Source: Candidatus Omnitrophota bacterium
Lineage (GTDB): Bacteria > Omnitrophota > Gorgyraeia > Zapsychrales > Zapsychraceae
DNA: 64,000 nucleotides
Reading direction: 5' to 3'
Assembly: GCA_021108075.1 (NCBI GenBank)
Contig: JAIORP010000029.1
Coordinates: 10,311 to 74,310, forward strand
The stretch's first letter is position 1, and each line of letters starts with the position of its first letter. Shown here piece after piece: positions 51,027-62,070 of this stretch. The notes under the pieces were generated by a model that made no database searches, had not been told where the DNA came from, and saw only the letters and a list, made by a program, of their open reading frames with translations. Both the position numbers and the translations under genes were made by a program.

Positions 51027-51947
51027 ATGAATATTGAGCCTCATGAGGCAAGGGATAATGGTCCGTCACATGCCCCGGTCATGTTGCAAGAGGCCTTAAC
51101 CTATTTGAATCCCCAACCAGAAGGTATTTTCGTTGATGGGACATTAGGTTTAGGGGGTCATTCAAGAGCCATTTTACAACAGATTGGTCCTAAAGGGCGG
51201 TTGATCGGGCTGGATTGCGATGCTTCGGCGATAGAGATTGCAAAGAAGAATTTAATAGATTTTAATAATCAGTGTTTATTTATTCATAGCAATTACCGTG
51301 ATTTGTGCAAACAATTGCAGGCCCGTCAAATTAAACAAATTGATGGTCTTTTAGTTGATTTAGGTTTATCAAGTTTTCAGATAGACGACCCGGAGCGCGG
51401 TTTTAGCTTAAGGTCCATGGGGCCGTTAGATATGCGGATGGATCAATCAGAACAGTTTTCAGCTTTTGATCTTATCCATTCATTATCTGAAAAGGAATTG
51501 GACTCGATCTTAGATAATTTTGGACAAGAACGCTGGCATCATCGAATCGCACGTTTACTTGTTGCTCAGAGATCGAAACAGCCTATTGAGACGACACAGG
51601 ATTTGACACGGATTGTATTAAGCGCGCTACCCGCTAAGCGAAACCGTCAGAAAATACATCCGGCTACGCGAACATTTCAGGCTATTCGCATAGCTGTGAA
51701 CAGAGAATTAGAGTCGTTAGAAGCATTATTGAAGGAATCAGAATTTTTATTGAAAAAAGGTGGCCGTATCGCGGTTATTTCTTTTCATTCATTAGAAGAT
51801 CGAATTGTCAAGAATGTATTTAGAGATTGGGGAAAAGAAGGAAAATATCAAGTGCTTTTAAAGAAACCCCTCCGTCCGACAGAAGAGGAAGTCAAACAGA
51901 ACCCTCGGGCGAGAAGCGCCAGATTAAGAGCAGTCGAAAGGATATAA
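51027..51947 (+). CDS. rsmH: 16S rRNA m4C1402 methyltransferase
   Basis: DGTLGLGGHS, DLGLSS, PLDMRMD, ISFHSLEDR and NPRARSA. Confidence 0.96.
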   Translation: MNIEPHEARDNGPSHAPVMLQEALTYLNPQPEGIFVDGTLGLGGHSRAILQQIGPKGRLIGLDCDASAIEIAKKNLIDFNNQCLFIHSNYRDLCKQLQARQIKQIDGLLVDLGLSSFQIDDPERGFSLRSMGPLDMRMDQSEQFSAFDLIHSLSEKELDSILDNFGQERWHHRIARLLVAQRSKQPIETTQDLTRIVLSALPAKRNRQKIHPATRTFQAIRIAVNRELESLEALLKESEFLLKKGGRIAVISFHSLEDRIVKNVFRDWGKEGKYQVLLKKPLRPTEEEVKQNPRARSARLRAVERI

Positions 51948-51950
51948 AAT

Positions 51951-52319
51951 ATGCTCATTAAGTTTACGAAAATAATTTTCATCTTTACAACTCTGGCTGT
52001 TGTCTATATCAATATGCAGATGAAAATTATCAATCTGGCCTATGAAGGAAAAGATAAAGAGAATGTCATCCGTCAGCTCATTGAAGACAATGGTAATATT
52101 ACTTTTGATATTTTAACCCTTAAATCCGCTAATCATATTGGGATTAAAATGCTTAGGGAAGATTCTGAGATGAAGTTTGTTGATCCGGAAAATATTGTAC
52201 GAATATCGACAGAGGAAGAAACCGCTCCTGTTGGAATGATGGAGACTTCAGACTCTAAGAACAACCCTTTATTAAGCCTATTGTCTTTCGGCACTCAGGC
52301 TGAAGCACGGCAACCATGA
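51951..52319 (+). CDS. ftsL: FtsL-like cell division protein
   Basis: Single TM plus coiled coil, located between rsmH and ftsI; the call rests mainly on synteny. Confidence 0.6.
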   Translation: MLIKFTKIIFIFTTLAVVYINMQMKIINLAYEGKDKENVIRQLIEDNGNITFDILTLKSANHIGIKMLREDSEMKFVDPENIVRISTEEETAPVGMMETSDSKNNPLLSLLSFGTQAEARQP

Positions 52320-52686
52320 ACGTGTCGCATACTTTGCTGACTACATCAACTTGATAGCAATTAATTCTTTAGCAAAAACAACAGGACGGTCGCTATAGAG
52401 TTTAAGCCTGCTGGCCAATGGTATGCGATACGCTCATTTGATTTTTTTTATTTCATACAGTCGTTTTGTGTTGTTCCAACGAGCATATCGCAGTCCGGTT
52501 ATTTTTATTTTGAAGAGAGTTTTCCTTCTGCATCTTCAGGACGTATCGTAACTCCTCATCCCGTAGAGCAACATATTCATAACTTAATTGAAGATTGAGC
52601 TTTTAAAAGCATATAATATTTATTAACAGCAGGGGTGGGTGCTTTTGCTGATTACCAACCGATTTTAACCAATACATTGAAAAAAA

Positions 52687-54363
52687 GTGTTAATTCGTAA
52701 GCACGTATTAAGGTTTATTTTTATATACGTTGGCTTGATCGCTTTCTTGATTTTTTTTGGGATTAAGCTGGCCTTAATACAGGTGTTTCATGCCGAACAT
52801 CTAGCAATTATAGCAAAGAAACAACACAATCATTTTATCGAAATCGAACCGATCCGAGGAAGCATCCTCGACAGGAACTCCCGTTTATTAGCGTTTAATG
52901 TCTCCGTCTATTCCCTGTTTGCTAACCCGAGAATGATGAGTGCGCAAGATAAGCAGAAAATGCTTGAAGTTCTTCCGGGGACATTGAATATCAGTCCCCG
53001 GCATATTCAACAGCGATTAAATAAAGATAAATTGTTTGTTTGGATCAAAAGAAAGTTGAGTGTGGACATTGTTGACCGAATTAAGTCTTTTAATATTAAG
53101 AAATTGGGTTTTAGAAAGGAAAGCAAGCGCTTCTATCCTAATGGGCAATTAGCCGCTCACATTATAGGTTTTGCGGGTATTGACAATCAAGGGTTAGAAG
53201 GTTTGGAACTGAGTTACAATAGCCAGCTTGAGGGAGAATCTGGTTGGGTTAATTTTTTGCGTGATGCCCATCAAAAAGAGTTATTGCTGGATAATAACTT
53301 TTTACCTCCCCGGCATGGATTTCATCTTGTGTTGACTATTGATGAAACCATTCAATATTTAGCTGAGAAATCTTTAAAAGCAGTTTTTGAGAAATACAAG
53401 GCGATTGCAGCGAGCATTGTCGTGATTGACGTAAAGACCGGCGAGATTTTAGCCCTAGCCAACGAACCAACATATGACTTGCAGAATGTTAGAACGAGTG
53501 AATTGGCGCATCGGACGAACCGGGCGGTTAGTTTTGTATATGAACCGGGTTCTGTTTTCAAGTTTGTGGCCGCCGCTGCTGCTTTAGAAGAGAGGATTTT
53601 TTCCGAAACAGATAAAATATATTGTGAAAATGGGAAATACCGCGTTGGTAATCATATTTTACATGATCATCGGCCGCATGCTACGCTAACGTTTCGGGAA
53701 GTGATCGAAGTCTCAAGTAATATCGGCGTCACGAAAATAGCAGAAAAGATCGGTCCGAATATCTTTTATAAATACGCGAAACGTTTTCGGTTTGGCCAAA
53801 AAACAAATATCGACTTGCTCGGGGAAGTGGGCGGAAATTTAAAACCTCCGGCTCGTTGGTCAAAAACATCCATCGGCGCAATCCCCATCGGGCACGAAGT
53901 GACTGTGACGCCATTGCAATTGGCCTGCGCGTTGGGCGCGGTCGCAAATGACGGCTTGCTCATGAAACCCTATATTGTAAAATATATTAAAGACAATCAA
54001 GACCAAATTATCAAAGGGAATAAACCTCAAGTTGTCGGCCGTGTCATTAGTTCAGATACAGCCCGCCGTTTAAGGGCTATTTTAACTGGTGTTGTGGACG
54101 AGGGGACAGGGAAAAATGCCCGGATCGATGGCGTTAAAGTTGCGGGGAAGACCGGAACAGCCCAGAAGGTCATTGATAAGAAATATTCTCATAGTAAATT
54201 TGTAGCGTCCTTCATTGGATTTGCTCCGTCGGACAATCCACGTATTGCCGCTGTTGTTATGGTTGATGAACCACGTCCCCAATATTACGGAGGAACCGTG
54301 GCTGCCCCGGTTTTTAAAGAAGTTGTTGAGAACACATTAAAATATTTAGAGTTAAATCGCTGA
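52687..54363 (+). CDS. ftsI: penicillin-binding protein, FtsI-type transpeptidase
   Basis: RGSILDRN, RFYP, EPGSVFK (SxxK), SSN and KTGT. Confidence 0.92.
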   Translation: MLIRKHVLRFIFIYVGLIAFLIFFGIKLALIQVFHAEHLAIIAKKQHNHFIEIEPIRGSILDRNSRLLAFNVSVYSLFANPRMMSAQDKQKMLEVLPGTLNISPRHIQQRLNKDKLFVWIKRKLSVDIVDRIKSFNIKKLGFRKESKRFYPNGQLAAHIIGFAGIDNQGLEGLELSYNSQLEGESGWVNFLRDAHQKELLLDNNFLPPRHGFHLVLTIDETIQYLAEKSLKAVFEKYKAIAASIVVIDVKTGEILALANEPTYDLQNVRTSELAHRTNRAVSFVYEPGSVFKFVAAAAALEERIFSETDKIYCENGKYRVGNHILHDHRPHATLTFREVIEVSSNIGVTKIAEKIGPNIFYKYAKRFRFGQKTNIDLLGEVGGNLKPPARWSKTSIGAIPIGHEVTVTPLQLACALGAVANDGLLMKPYIVKYIKDNQDQIIKGNKPQVVGRVISSDTARRLRAILTGVVDEGTGKNARIDGVKVAGKTGTAQKVIDKKYSHSKFVASFIGFAPSDNPRIAAVVMVDEPRPQYYGGTVAAPVFKEVVENTLKYLELNR

Positions 54364-55841
54364 TGAAACTGAATCAAGTCTTGAAGAAAACTCCGTGGGA
54401 ACACATCCCTCATCCATATACGGATTGGGATATTCCCGGCATCAAATGTGACTCCCGCCAGGTTCAGTCCGGGGACCTATTTGTTGCATTGATCGGTCGT
54501 CATCTAGACGGCCACAAGTTTATTCAACAGGCCCTCAGCAAGGGGGCGCGCGTGATTATTTTATCAGACAGGAAGGCGGGGATGTATCAGTCGCAAGGGG
54601 ATGTTTTATTTCTCGGGGCTCCTGATCCTCGTCCATATCTGGGGATGATTGCGAATAATTTTTATCAAACGTCTACCCAAAACATTAAAGTGATCGGTGT
54701 AACGGGAACAAACGGCAAGACAACAATCACATATCTCATTGAATCCATATTAAGAGCGTATGGTCAAGAAGCCGGCCTGATCGGAACGATCAAACATAAG
54801 ATCGGAGCGAATGAGTTTGTCGCCCGCAACACAACCCCGGGGGTGCTGGAAAACCATCATTATTTGAGTTTATTGTCTCAACAAAAAGTGCCGTATTGTT
54901 TAATGGAGGTTTCGTCGCACGCTTTGGATCAGGGCCGTGTTGATCAAATAGATTTTGATACGGCGGTATACACAAATTTAACGAGCGAACACCTGGATTA
55001 TCACGCAGATATGGATGCTTATTTTGAAGCGAAGGCAAAATTGTTTCAGCAATTAAGCCCGGACAGTTTTGCCGTGATCAATAAAGATGATGACTATTCC
55101 GCCCGGATGTTAAAGGAGACACAAGCGCAGGTTTTTACGTATGGGTGTCATCGCCAGGCAGATTTTCAGGCTCAAGACATTGAGTTGGATGTCAGCGGGA
55201 TATCGTTTCAGTTAAAGACCGATAAGGGGTTGGTCTCCTTCCGGTCGTCATTGTTTGGATCTTTCAACGTTTATAATATCCTTGCGGCGATAGCTGTTGG
55301 CCTTATTGAAGGAGTGTCGATGGATTTGATTGTTCAATCGATTCGTCAAGTCGAAGGCATTCCCGGCCGAATGCAGCGCGTGCAACATGACCGGGATTTT
55401 TTTATTTTTATTGATTATGCCCATACACAGGACGCGTTAAGGAATGTGCTAGAGAATATTCGAAGGGTCTGCAAGCGGCGCATTATCCTTGTTTTTGGAT
55501 GTGGCGGTGACCGGGACCGGTCAAAACGCGCTCCCATGGGAACGGTGGCTAGCCGTTTGGCTGATTATGTTTATGTTACGAATGATAATCCGCGCACGGA
55601 AGACCCAGAAAAAATTATCCGGGATATTATTCCAGGGCTTGAAAATGATGACTATGAAATAGTCATTGATCGAAAACAAGCGATTGAAAAGGCTTTGTGC
55701 GAGGCAAAGAAGGATGATGTGCTTCTTATTGCCGGCAAAGGTCATGAAACATATCAAATTGTTCATCAAGAATACCGGGAATTTAATGAATCAAAAATTA
55801 TTCAGGATATATTAGAAAAGACGAATGCCCCAGAAATGTGA
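54363..55841 (+). CDS. murE: UDP-MurNAc-Ala-Glu--diaminopimelate ligase
   Basis: GTNGKTT, MEVSSHA, DYAHT, and DNPR (mDAP-type specificity). Confidence 0.96.
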   Translation: MKLNQVLKKTPWEHIPHPYTDWDIPGIKCDSRQVQSGDLFVALIGRHLDGHKFIQQALSKGARVIILSDRKAGMYQSQGDVLFLGAPDPRPYLGMIANNFYQTSTQNIKVIGVTGTNGKTTITYLIESILRAYGQEAGLIGTIKHKIGANEFVARNTTPGVLENHHYLSLLSQQKVPYCLMEVSSHALDQGRVDQIDFDTAVYTNLTSEHLDYHADMDAYFEAKAKLFQQLSPDSFAVINKDDDYSARMLKETQAQVFTYGCHRQADFQAQDIELDVSGISFQLKTDKGLVSFRSSLFGSFNVYNILAAIAVGLIEGVSMDLIVQSIRQVEGIPGRMQRVQHDRDFFIFIDYAHTQDALRNVLENIRRVCKRRIILVFGCGGDRDRSKRAPMGTVASRLADYVYVTNDNPRTEDPEKIIRDIIPGLENDDYEIVIDRKQAIEKALCEAKKDDVLLIAGKGHETYQIVHQEYREFNESKIIQDILEKTNAPEM

Positions 55842-57237
55842 GGAGTTTGTTGTGTTGACATTGCGTGTTGATACGATAGCTAAAATTGTAAAAGGTCAAT
55901 TGACTGCGGGATCCGGTCCCGAATGCCCCGAAGGCATTTCGATCAACACACGAACAATCAAAAAGGGTGAAATTTTTATTGCTGTTCCAGGTAAACGATA
56001 TGATGGCCATCGATTTATTTATCAGGCGATCGAAAAGGGGGCCAGCGCATTGATTGTTCATAAAAGGATCAAGAAAAAATCCTGCAAGATTCCTGTTGTG
56101 ACAGTTGATAATACTGTTGCGGCTTTAGGGCATTTAGCCGCGTATTACAGACGGCAATTTCAGATCCCTATTATCGCAGTCACAGGCAGCGCAGGTAAAA
56201 CAAGTACAAAGGAGTTGATCGCCAGTGTTTTAAGTCAGAAATTTAATGTTTTAAAGAATGAAAGATCAGAAAATAATCATTTTGGTGTTCCTTTAACATT
56301 ATTAAAATTGACCCACAAACATCACGTGGCCGTGCTCGAAGTCGGTACCAGCCAGAAAGGCGATATCTCTTGCCTGGGTCAAATTATCAAACCGGATATG
56401 CTTGTTTTTACGAATATCGGGGCATCCCATCTGGAAGGATTAGGTTCGATCAGAGGGGTGTTTAATGAGAAGAAAAGTCTAATAAAATTTTTAACCAAAA
56501 AAGGGCAGATGATACTCAATTTAGATGACATGTATCTTAAGAAATTGGTGGGGCAGGCGCCTTCCGTATCGAAAATGACCTATGCTGTTCAACAAAAGGC
56601 CGATTTTCAAGCCAAGAATTTAAATTTTGACAATAACAACCGTATCCAGTTTAAAGTCAATCGAGAGTTGTTTACCTTGCCGACACCGGCCTATCATCAG
56701 GTTTATAACGCATTGGCTGCGATTGCTGTCGGCCGTCATTTTGGTTTGACGTTATCTGATATCAATAAGGGATTGAAGACGTCGCTGCATTGTTCTGGAC
56801 GCCAGAAGATACAATCTATTGGAGGAGTTACGATCATTGATGATACGTATAACTCCAATCCCCTTTCCTTCAGGAGCTCCATCAATTCCTTGAACACGAT
56901 CCATGCAAAGGGCAAGAAAATTTTAGTCGGTGGAGATATGCTGGAGTTAGGAGAATTATCTGAAAAGTGGCATAGGCAGATCGGCAAGGACATTCTCCAC
57001 TCATCGATTGATGTCTTCATCGGTTTTGGGAGAAATGCGCGCTTTATCTATGATGAATGTTGCCGTGACGGAGATAAAGTGCTGGCAAAATCATTTGTTT
57101 ACCTGCATTATTTACATCGTTTTTTAGCTAAAATTATTCAGCCCGGGGACATTGTCCTCATTAAAGGTTCGCGGGGAATGCATTTGGAAAGGACTGTTAA
57201 CTTCTTGGAAGAGAATTTGTCTCAATCACGAAAATGA
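55825..57237 (+). CDS. murF: UDP-MurNAc-tripeptide--D-Ala-D-Ala ligase
   Basis: TGSAGKTSTKE, DDTYNSNP, GDMLELG and KGSRG; the true start may be slightly downstream. Confidence 0.94.
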   Translation: MPQKCEEFVVLTLRVDTIAKIVKGQLTAGSGPECPEGISINTRTIKKGEIFIAVPGKRYDGHRFIYQAIEKGASALIVHKRIKKKSCKIPVVTVDNTVAALGHLAAYYRRQFQIPIIAVTGSAGKTSTKELIASVLSQKFNVLKNERSENNHFGVPLTLLKLTHKHHVAVLEVGTSQKGDISCLGQIIKPDMLVFTNIGASHLEGLGSIRGVFNEKKSLIKFLTKKGQMILNLDDMYLKKLVGQAPSVSKMTYAVQQKADFQAKNLNFDNNNRIQFKVNRELFTLPTPAYHQVYNALAAIAVGRHFGLTLSDINKGLKTSLHCSGRQKIQSIGGVTIIDDTYNSNPLSFRSSINSLNTIHAKGKKILVGGDMLELGELSEKWHRQIGKDILHSSIDVFIGFGRNARFIYDECCRDGDKVLAKSFVYLHYLHRFLAKIIQPGDIVLIKGSRGMHLERTVNFLEENLSQSRK

Positions 57238-57300
57238 TGGGTTTATGATTTTATTTTAGAATATGCGTGAGTTCATATTCGGCTAATTATATAATAAATT

Positions 57301-57362
57301 ATACTAAATCCAATAATGAATTGTTCTATTTCAATTCTGAAAAGCAGAATCGGTTTTGGTAT
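57301..57362 (-). repeat. MITE-like repeat family A, copy 5 (shortest, reverse orientation)
   Basis: Reverse complement reads ATACCAAAACCGATTCTGCTTTTCAGAATTGAAATAGAACAATTCATTATTGGATTTAGTAT. Confidence 0.85.
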
Positions 57363-57384
57363 GACATATACGAAGTGAGGATAA

Positions 57385-58473
57385 ATGTTTTACTATTTAG
57401 CAGAATTTAAAGATTTTTTCTTTGGATTTAATGTTTTTCGATACATTACCTTTCGCGCCGGCATGGCTGCTGTGACAACGTTTCTTTGCTGTGTCATATT
57501 AGGTCCTTTTTTTATAAGAAAATTACGAAAATGGAATATCGGTGAGAACGCAAAACGAGATGATTGTCCGACCCTCAATTCTTTTCATGATACGAAAGAG
57601 GGCACGCCGACCATGGGCGGGATTCTGATCGTCAGTAGCATTTTGTTTTCTGTCCTGCTTTGGGCCCAGTTAAATAATCGATATATCATTCTGACGATGA
57701 TCACATGTTTGTTCCTGGCGATTCTGGGATTTATTGATGATTATGTGAAACTTAATCCGCGGTTTGAGAAAAGGGGGCTCAGCAAAAAAACGAAACTTAT
57801 TTGGCAAGTCTTGATCGGTTGTTTTATTGGTTCCTATGTCTTTTTTAACCCGGATACATCTCCAGAGCTGCGGTTTCCTTTTATGAAAAACTTAGTTGTA
57901 AATTTGTGGATTTTTTATATCCCTTTTGTGGCTGTGATCGTCATCGGCACGTCTAATGCCGTCAATTTGACAGACGGGCTGGACGGCCTGGCCATCGGCT
58001 GTGTGTTGATCGTGAGCCTGACATTAGCCATCATAAGCTACATAACGGGTCATCTGCATTTTAGCCAATATCTTTTTATCCCGTATGTTCCCGGCACAGG
58101 GGAATTATCGATTTTTTGCATGGCGATTGTCGGAGCGAGTCTGGGCTTTCTTTGGTTCAATTGTCACCCGGCTTCTGTTTTTATGGGGGATGTCGGTTCC
58201 TTGTCCTTAGGTGGTACGTTAGGTGTTATTGCCGTCTTTACTAAAAAAGAATTATTGCTGGTTCTTTTAGGCGGCATATTTGTGATTGAAGCATTATCTG
58301 TCATCATGCAGGTCGCTTCTTTTAAACTGAGGGGGAAGCGTATTTTCAAGATGTCTCCATTGCATCATCATCTTCAATTATCCGGATGGAAAGAATCTAA
58401 AATTATTATCCGATTTTGGATTATTGCCATTATATTAGCCCTCCTGACCTTAACAACATTAAAAATTAGGTGA
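57385..58473 (+). CDS. mraY: phospho-N-acetylmuramoyl-pentapeptide transferase
   Basis: TPTMGG, GFIDDY, SNAVNLTDGLDGL, FMGDVGS and PLHHH. Confidence 0.97.
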   Translation: MFYYLAEFKDFFFGFNVFRYITFRAGMAAVTTFLCCVILGPFFIRKLRKWNIGENAKRDDCPTLNSFHDTKEGTPTMGGILIVSSILFSVLLWAQLNNRYIILTMITCLFLAILGFIDDYVKLNPRFEKRGLSKKTKLIWQVLIGCFIGSYVFFNPDTSPELRFPFMKNLVVNLWIFYIPFVAVIVIGTSNAVNLTDGLDGLAIGCVLIVSLTLAIISYITGHLHFSQYLFIPYVPGTGELSIFCMAIVGASLGFLWFNCHPASVFMGDVGSLSLGGTLGVIAVFTKKELLLVLLGGIFVIEALSVIMQVASFKLRGKRIFKMSPLHHHLQLSGWKESKIIIRFWIIAIILALLTLTTLKIR

Positions 58474-58499
58474 GACAGTACGTTTTTATATTTTGTAGG

Positions 58500-59819
58500 A
58501 TGGATATTAAAGGAAAGAAAATTACAATCATTGGTGGGAAGCGAAGCGGTCAAGCTGTGGCCCGTTTGATTATTGCTCAGGAGGGGATTGTTTTTTTGAG
58601 CGACCAACAGGGTATGACGGCCTATACGAAAGATTTCATCACTTGGGCACAATCGCATGATGTGACTTTTGATATGGAGGGTCATGACAAGTCTATGATC
58701 CAGAAAAGTGATGTGGTCGTTTTAAGTCCAGGTGTTCCCGTAAATGCCGTGGTTGTTGATTGGGCCCGGCAGGCGGATATCCCTGTTTTAGGTGAGATAG
58801 AGTTTTCTTATCAATTTTGTCGAGCCCCGGTGATTGCTGTCACGGGGAGCAATGGCAAAACAACTGTGTCGACGTTGACTTATCAAGTCCTTAAGTCTTC
58901 CGGTTATAACGTGCAGCTTTGCGGAAATATTGGCGCGCCGTTCGCTGATTATGTCGGGCAGAGTTCAAAGTTGGACTATGTTGTTTTAGAACTCAGTTCT
59001 TTTCAATTGGAATCTTTATTAAACGCTGATTCTAAGTATTTTTATCCTGCTGGTTATAAGGGGCTTTCATTTAAAGGTTTTTGTCCGCATATTGCCGTTT
59101 TTTTAAATTTTAGCCAAAATCATTTGGACCGCCATAAAGATTTAGCGGAATATTTTGATGCAAAAAGAAAGATATTCAGGAATCAGACAAAGGAGCAATT
59201 TGCTGTGCTCAATGCTCAGGATGGGAGTAGCGGGCGGTTAAGCGGATGTCTTTCCTCAACGATCAGATATTTTAATCATTCTTCATCGAAGAAAGAATCG
59301 GACATGAAGAATCCTAACTTCCGGACTGTCAGAGTGGTTGCGGATATCGTTGGGATCAATCATGAACGGTGCCTGGATGTTTTTAGGCGCTTTAAAGGGG
59401 TCGAGCATCGGATGGAATTTGTTCGGGAAAGAAACGGAGTGAAATACATTAATGATTCTAAGGCGACCACCGTCGCTTCAGGGCGATGGGCTCTTAACAA
59501 TATTCATGCTCCCATCATTATGATTTGTGGGGGTAAAGATAAGAATTTAGATTTTACCGTTATTAAAGTAGATATCGCTCGTCAGGTAAAGAAAATTTAT
59601 GTGATTGGAGAGGCGAAAGACAAAATCAGGCGTGCATATAAAGATATCCTCAATGTTGTTTCGTGCTCTTCTTTGGAAGAAGCCGTTTCTTTGGCCAGCC
59701 AGACCGCAAGGGAAGGGGATTATGTCCTTTTTTGTCCCATGTGTGCGAGCTTTGATATGTTTGATAATTTTGAACACCGTGGAAAAGTTTATAAGAAGAT
59801 TGTGACGCAATTAAAATGA
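58500..59819 (+). CDS. murD: UDP-MurNAc-L-Ala--D-glutamate ligase
   Basis: SPGVP, TGSNGKTT, ELSSFQL, HLDRH, NDSKAT and ASFDMF. Confidence 0.95.
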   Translation: MDIKGKKITIIGGKRSGQAVARLIIAQEGIVFLSDQQGMTAYTKDFITWAQSHDVTFDMEGHDKSMIQKSDVVVLSPGVPVNAVVVDWARQADIPVLGEIEFSYQFCRAPVIAVTGSNGKTTVSTLTYQVLKSSGYNVQLCGNIGAPFADYVGQSSKLDYVVLELSSFQLESLLNADSKYFYPAGYKGLSFKGFCPHIAVFLNFSQNHLDRHKDLAEYFDAKRKIFRNQTKEQFAVLNAQDGSSGRLSGCLSSTIRYFNHSSSKKESDMKNPNFRTVRVVADIVGINHERCLDVFRRFKGVEHRMEFVRERNGVKYINDSKATTVASGRWALNNIHAPIIMICGGKDKNLDFTVIKVDIARQVKKIYVIGEAKDKIRRAYKDILNVVSCSSLEEAVSLASQTAREGDYVLFCPMCASFDMFDNFEHRGKVYKKIVTQLK

Positions 59820-59852
59820 CCGTCGACCCGTAACTAATCTGAAAAAAAATTT

Positions 59853-60941
59853 ATGAAAAATATAAGAATTTCCATTGCTGCTATAACCATGATGCTTATT
59901 AGTTTTGGGATTATTATGGTTTATAGTTCAAGCGGTGTGTATGCCTTAAAATATTTTCAGGATGCGTCGTATTTTTTGAACCGTCATTTGTTTTTTTTAT
60001 TTGTCGGCAGTGTGTTGAGTTTATTTATTCTGGCCGTTGATTATCATCGGTTAAGAAATTTTGCTAAGCCTTTGATGATTTGTACGATTGTTATGCTGGT
60101 GCTTGTCCTGGTTCCTGGTATCGGCCGTGCTAGCTTTGGTGCCCGTCGGTGGTTCAAGTTTGGACCGGTTAATTTCCAGCCGTCAGAGTTTGCGAAGATA
60201 ACACTCACGATTTATTTATCTGACTTTCTTGCGCGCAAGAAGGGGCGGATTATTAGTTTCTGGAATGGTTTTCTACCGGCAATTCTTGTTGTCGGTCTGG
60301 TTTGTCTGTTAGTCGTGAAGCAACCTGATCTGGGGAATTCTTTACTGCTAGGTAGTATTGCCATGATTCTTCTATTTGTTTCCGGGGCACGGATAAGACA
60401 TATATCGACCTTAATTCTGATGGCTCTACCTGTCTTGTATTTTTTGGTTGTCCGGGTTCCCTATCGTATGCGCCGGATTACGGCATTTATTGACCCGTGG
60501 CAAGACAGCCAGGGGGCGGGCTTTCAGCTTTCTCAGTCGCAGATTGCCCTTGGTTCAGGCGGTATTTTTGGTGTGGGATTAGGCAGGAGTGTTCAGAAAA
60601 TGTTTTATTTACCGGCTGCTCATACAGATTTTATCTTATCGATTATTGGAGAAGAACTGGGTTTGGTCGGCACTTTAGTGGTCGTTTTGCTGTTCATTGC
60701 TTTGATTCTTCAGGGGGCAAGAATCATTAAGCGGACGCGGGACCCTTTTGGATATTACCTGGCTTGTGGCATTATAGCGATGATCGGGTTGCAGGCCCTG
60801 GTCAATATCGGTGTCAGCATCGGGGCGTTGCCGACCAAAGGATTGCCATTACCGTTTATCAGTTATGGGGGATCGGCCCTGGTTTTCAATATGATGGCCA
60901 TTGCCCTATTATTAAATATTTCCCGGATGGAAGACACGTGA
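59853..60941 (+). CDS. ftsW: SEDS family peptidoglycan polymerase FtsW
   Basis: GARRW, QPSEFAK, QPDLG, HTDFI and LPFISYGGS. Confidence 0.95.
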   Translation: MKNIRISIAAITMMLISFGIIMVYSSSGVYALKYFQDASYFLNRHLFFLFVGSVLSLFILAVDYHRLRNFAKPLMICTIVMLVLVLVPGIGRASFGARRWFKFGPVNFQPSEFAKITLTIYLSDFLARKKGRIISFWNGFLPAILVVGLVCLLVVKQPDLGNSLLLGSIAMILLFVSGARIRHISTLILMALPVLYFLVVRVPYRMRRITAFIDPWQDSQGAGFQLSQSQIALGSGGIFGVGLGRSVQKMFYLPAAHTDFILSIIGEELGLVGTLVVVLLFIALILQGARIIKRTRDPFGYYLACGIIAMIGLQALVNIGVSIGALPTKGLPLPFISYGGSALVFNMMAIALLLNISRMEDT

Positions 60942-60978
60942 TGATCATTAATAGACAAAGTCAGAAAGACATAAATGC

Positions 60979-62070
60979 ATGAAGATTGTTATCGGCGCCG
61001 GTGGAACAGGCGGACATCTGATCCCCGCAATAGTATTAGCCAAACATTTGAGACGTTTAGGGCATGATATTTCCTTTGTTGGGGCGGCAAAATCAGATGG
61101 ATCCTTAATCACAAAGAGTGGTTTTATTTATTACCGGGTCGCGGGGGAAGGCTTTCAGTCCCGGCGTTGGTTGAATAGAACTTATGTCGTGTTCACTCTT
61201 TTCAAAGGGCTATTGTCCTCTGTATCGATTTTGCGCCATCTTAAGCCGCAGGTTCTGATCGGATTTGGGGGCTATGGTTCCATCCCTGCTGTTTTAGGGG
61301 GGCGGTTGTTAAGAATTCCTTGTATGATCCATGAACAAAATGTGATTCCTGGAAAGGCCAACCGGCTTTTAGTTAAGTTTGTTCAAGGGATCGCAATCAG
61401 CTTTGCGCAAACGGCAGAGCATATTAACGGGGCAAAGGTCATTGTGACGGGTTGTCCGTGCCATGCGGATGAATGCGATGGGGTCTCAGACAAAAAAGGG
61501 TTATATCAATTCTTCAAGTTATCACCGGATAAGCCTACGATTCTGGTCTTTGGGGGTAGTCAAGGCAGTCACTTTATCAACAAAATGTTTTTAGAAACAA
61601 TAGCCGATGTCCACAAAGAAAAAGGTGTTCAAGTCATTCATATTTCTGGAACGGACGACTATCCCTGGTTGAAGAAGGCTTATGATGAAAATGGAATTCC
61701 AGTTGCTTTATTCTCATTCTTCGATAAAATGAATGATGCTTATGGCGTTGCCGATGTCATTGTTGCCAGAGCGGGTGCAGTTACTGTTTCAGAGATCTTA
61801 AGTTTTAATAAATCCGCGCTTCTTATCCCGTATCCTTATGCTGCCGAAGGACATCAGAAAATGAATGGATTAGTCCTGGAACGTAAGGGGCTGGGAAAAG
61901 TTTTAGAAGAAAAAGATATAACGGAAGAATCTTTTAAAGAACATCTCTTCGTTTTGCTAGACAAACACGTTCAAAGGGAAATTTCTGATGTCAATCAAGG
62001 GTTTAACACCCGTCATCCGGTCGAATTATTATCGACAGCATTATTATCACTGGTAAAAAGTAAATCATAA
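60979..62070 (+). CDS. murG: undecaprenyl-PP-MurNAc-pentapeptide N-acetylglucosaminyltransferase
   Basis: GGTGGH, GGY, HEQN, GGSQG, RAGA and HQ-x-x-N. Confidence 0.95.
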   Translation: MKIVIGAGGTGGHLIPAIVLAKHLRRLGHDISFVGAAKSDGSLITKSGFIYYRVAGEGFQSRRWLNRTYVVFTLFKGLLSSVSILRHLKPQVLIGFGGYGSIPAVLGGRLLRIPCMIHEQNVIPGKANRLLVKFVQGIAISFAQTAEHINGAKVIVTGCPCHADECDGVSDKKGLYQFFKLSPDKPTILVFGGSQGSHFINKMFLETIADVHKEKGVQVIHISGTDDYPWLKKAYDENGIPVALFSFFDKMNDAYGVADVIVARAGAVTVSEILSFNKSALLIPYPYAAEGHQKMNGLVLERKGLGKVLEEKDITEESFKEHLFVLLDKHVQREISDVNQGFNTRHPVELLSTALLSLVKSKS

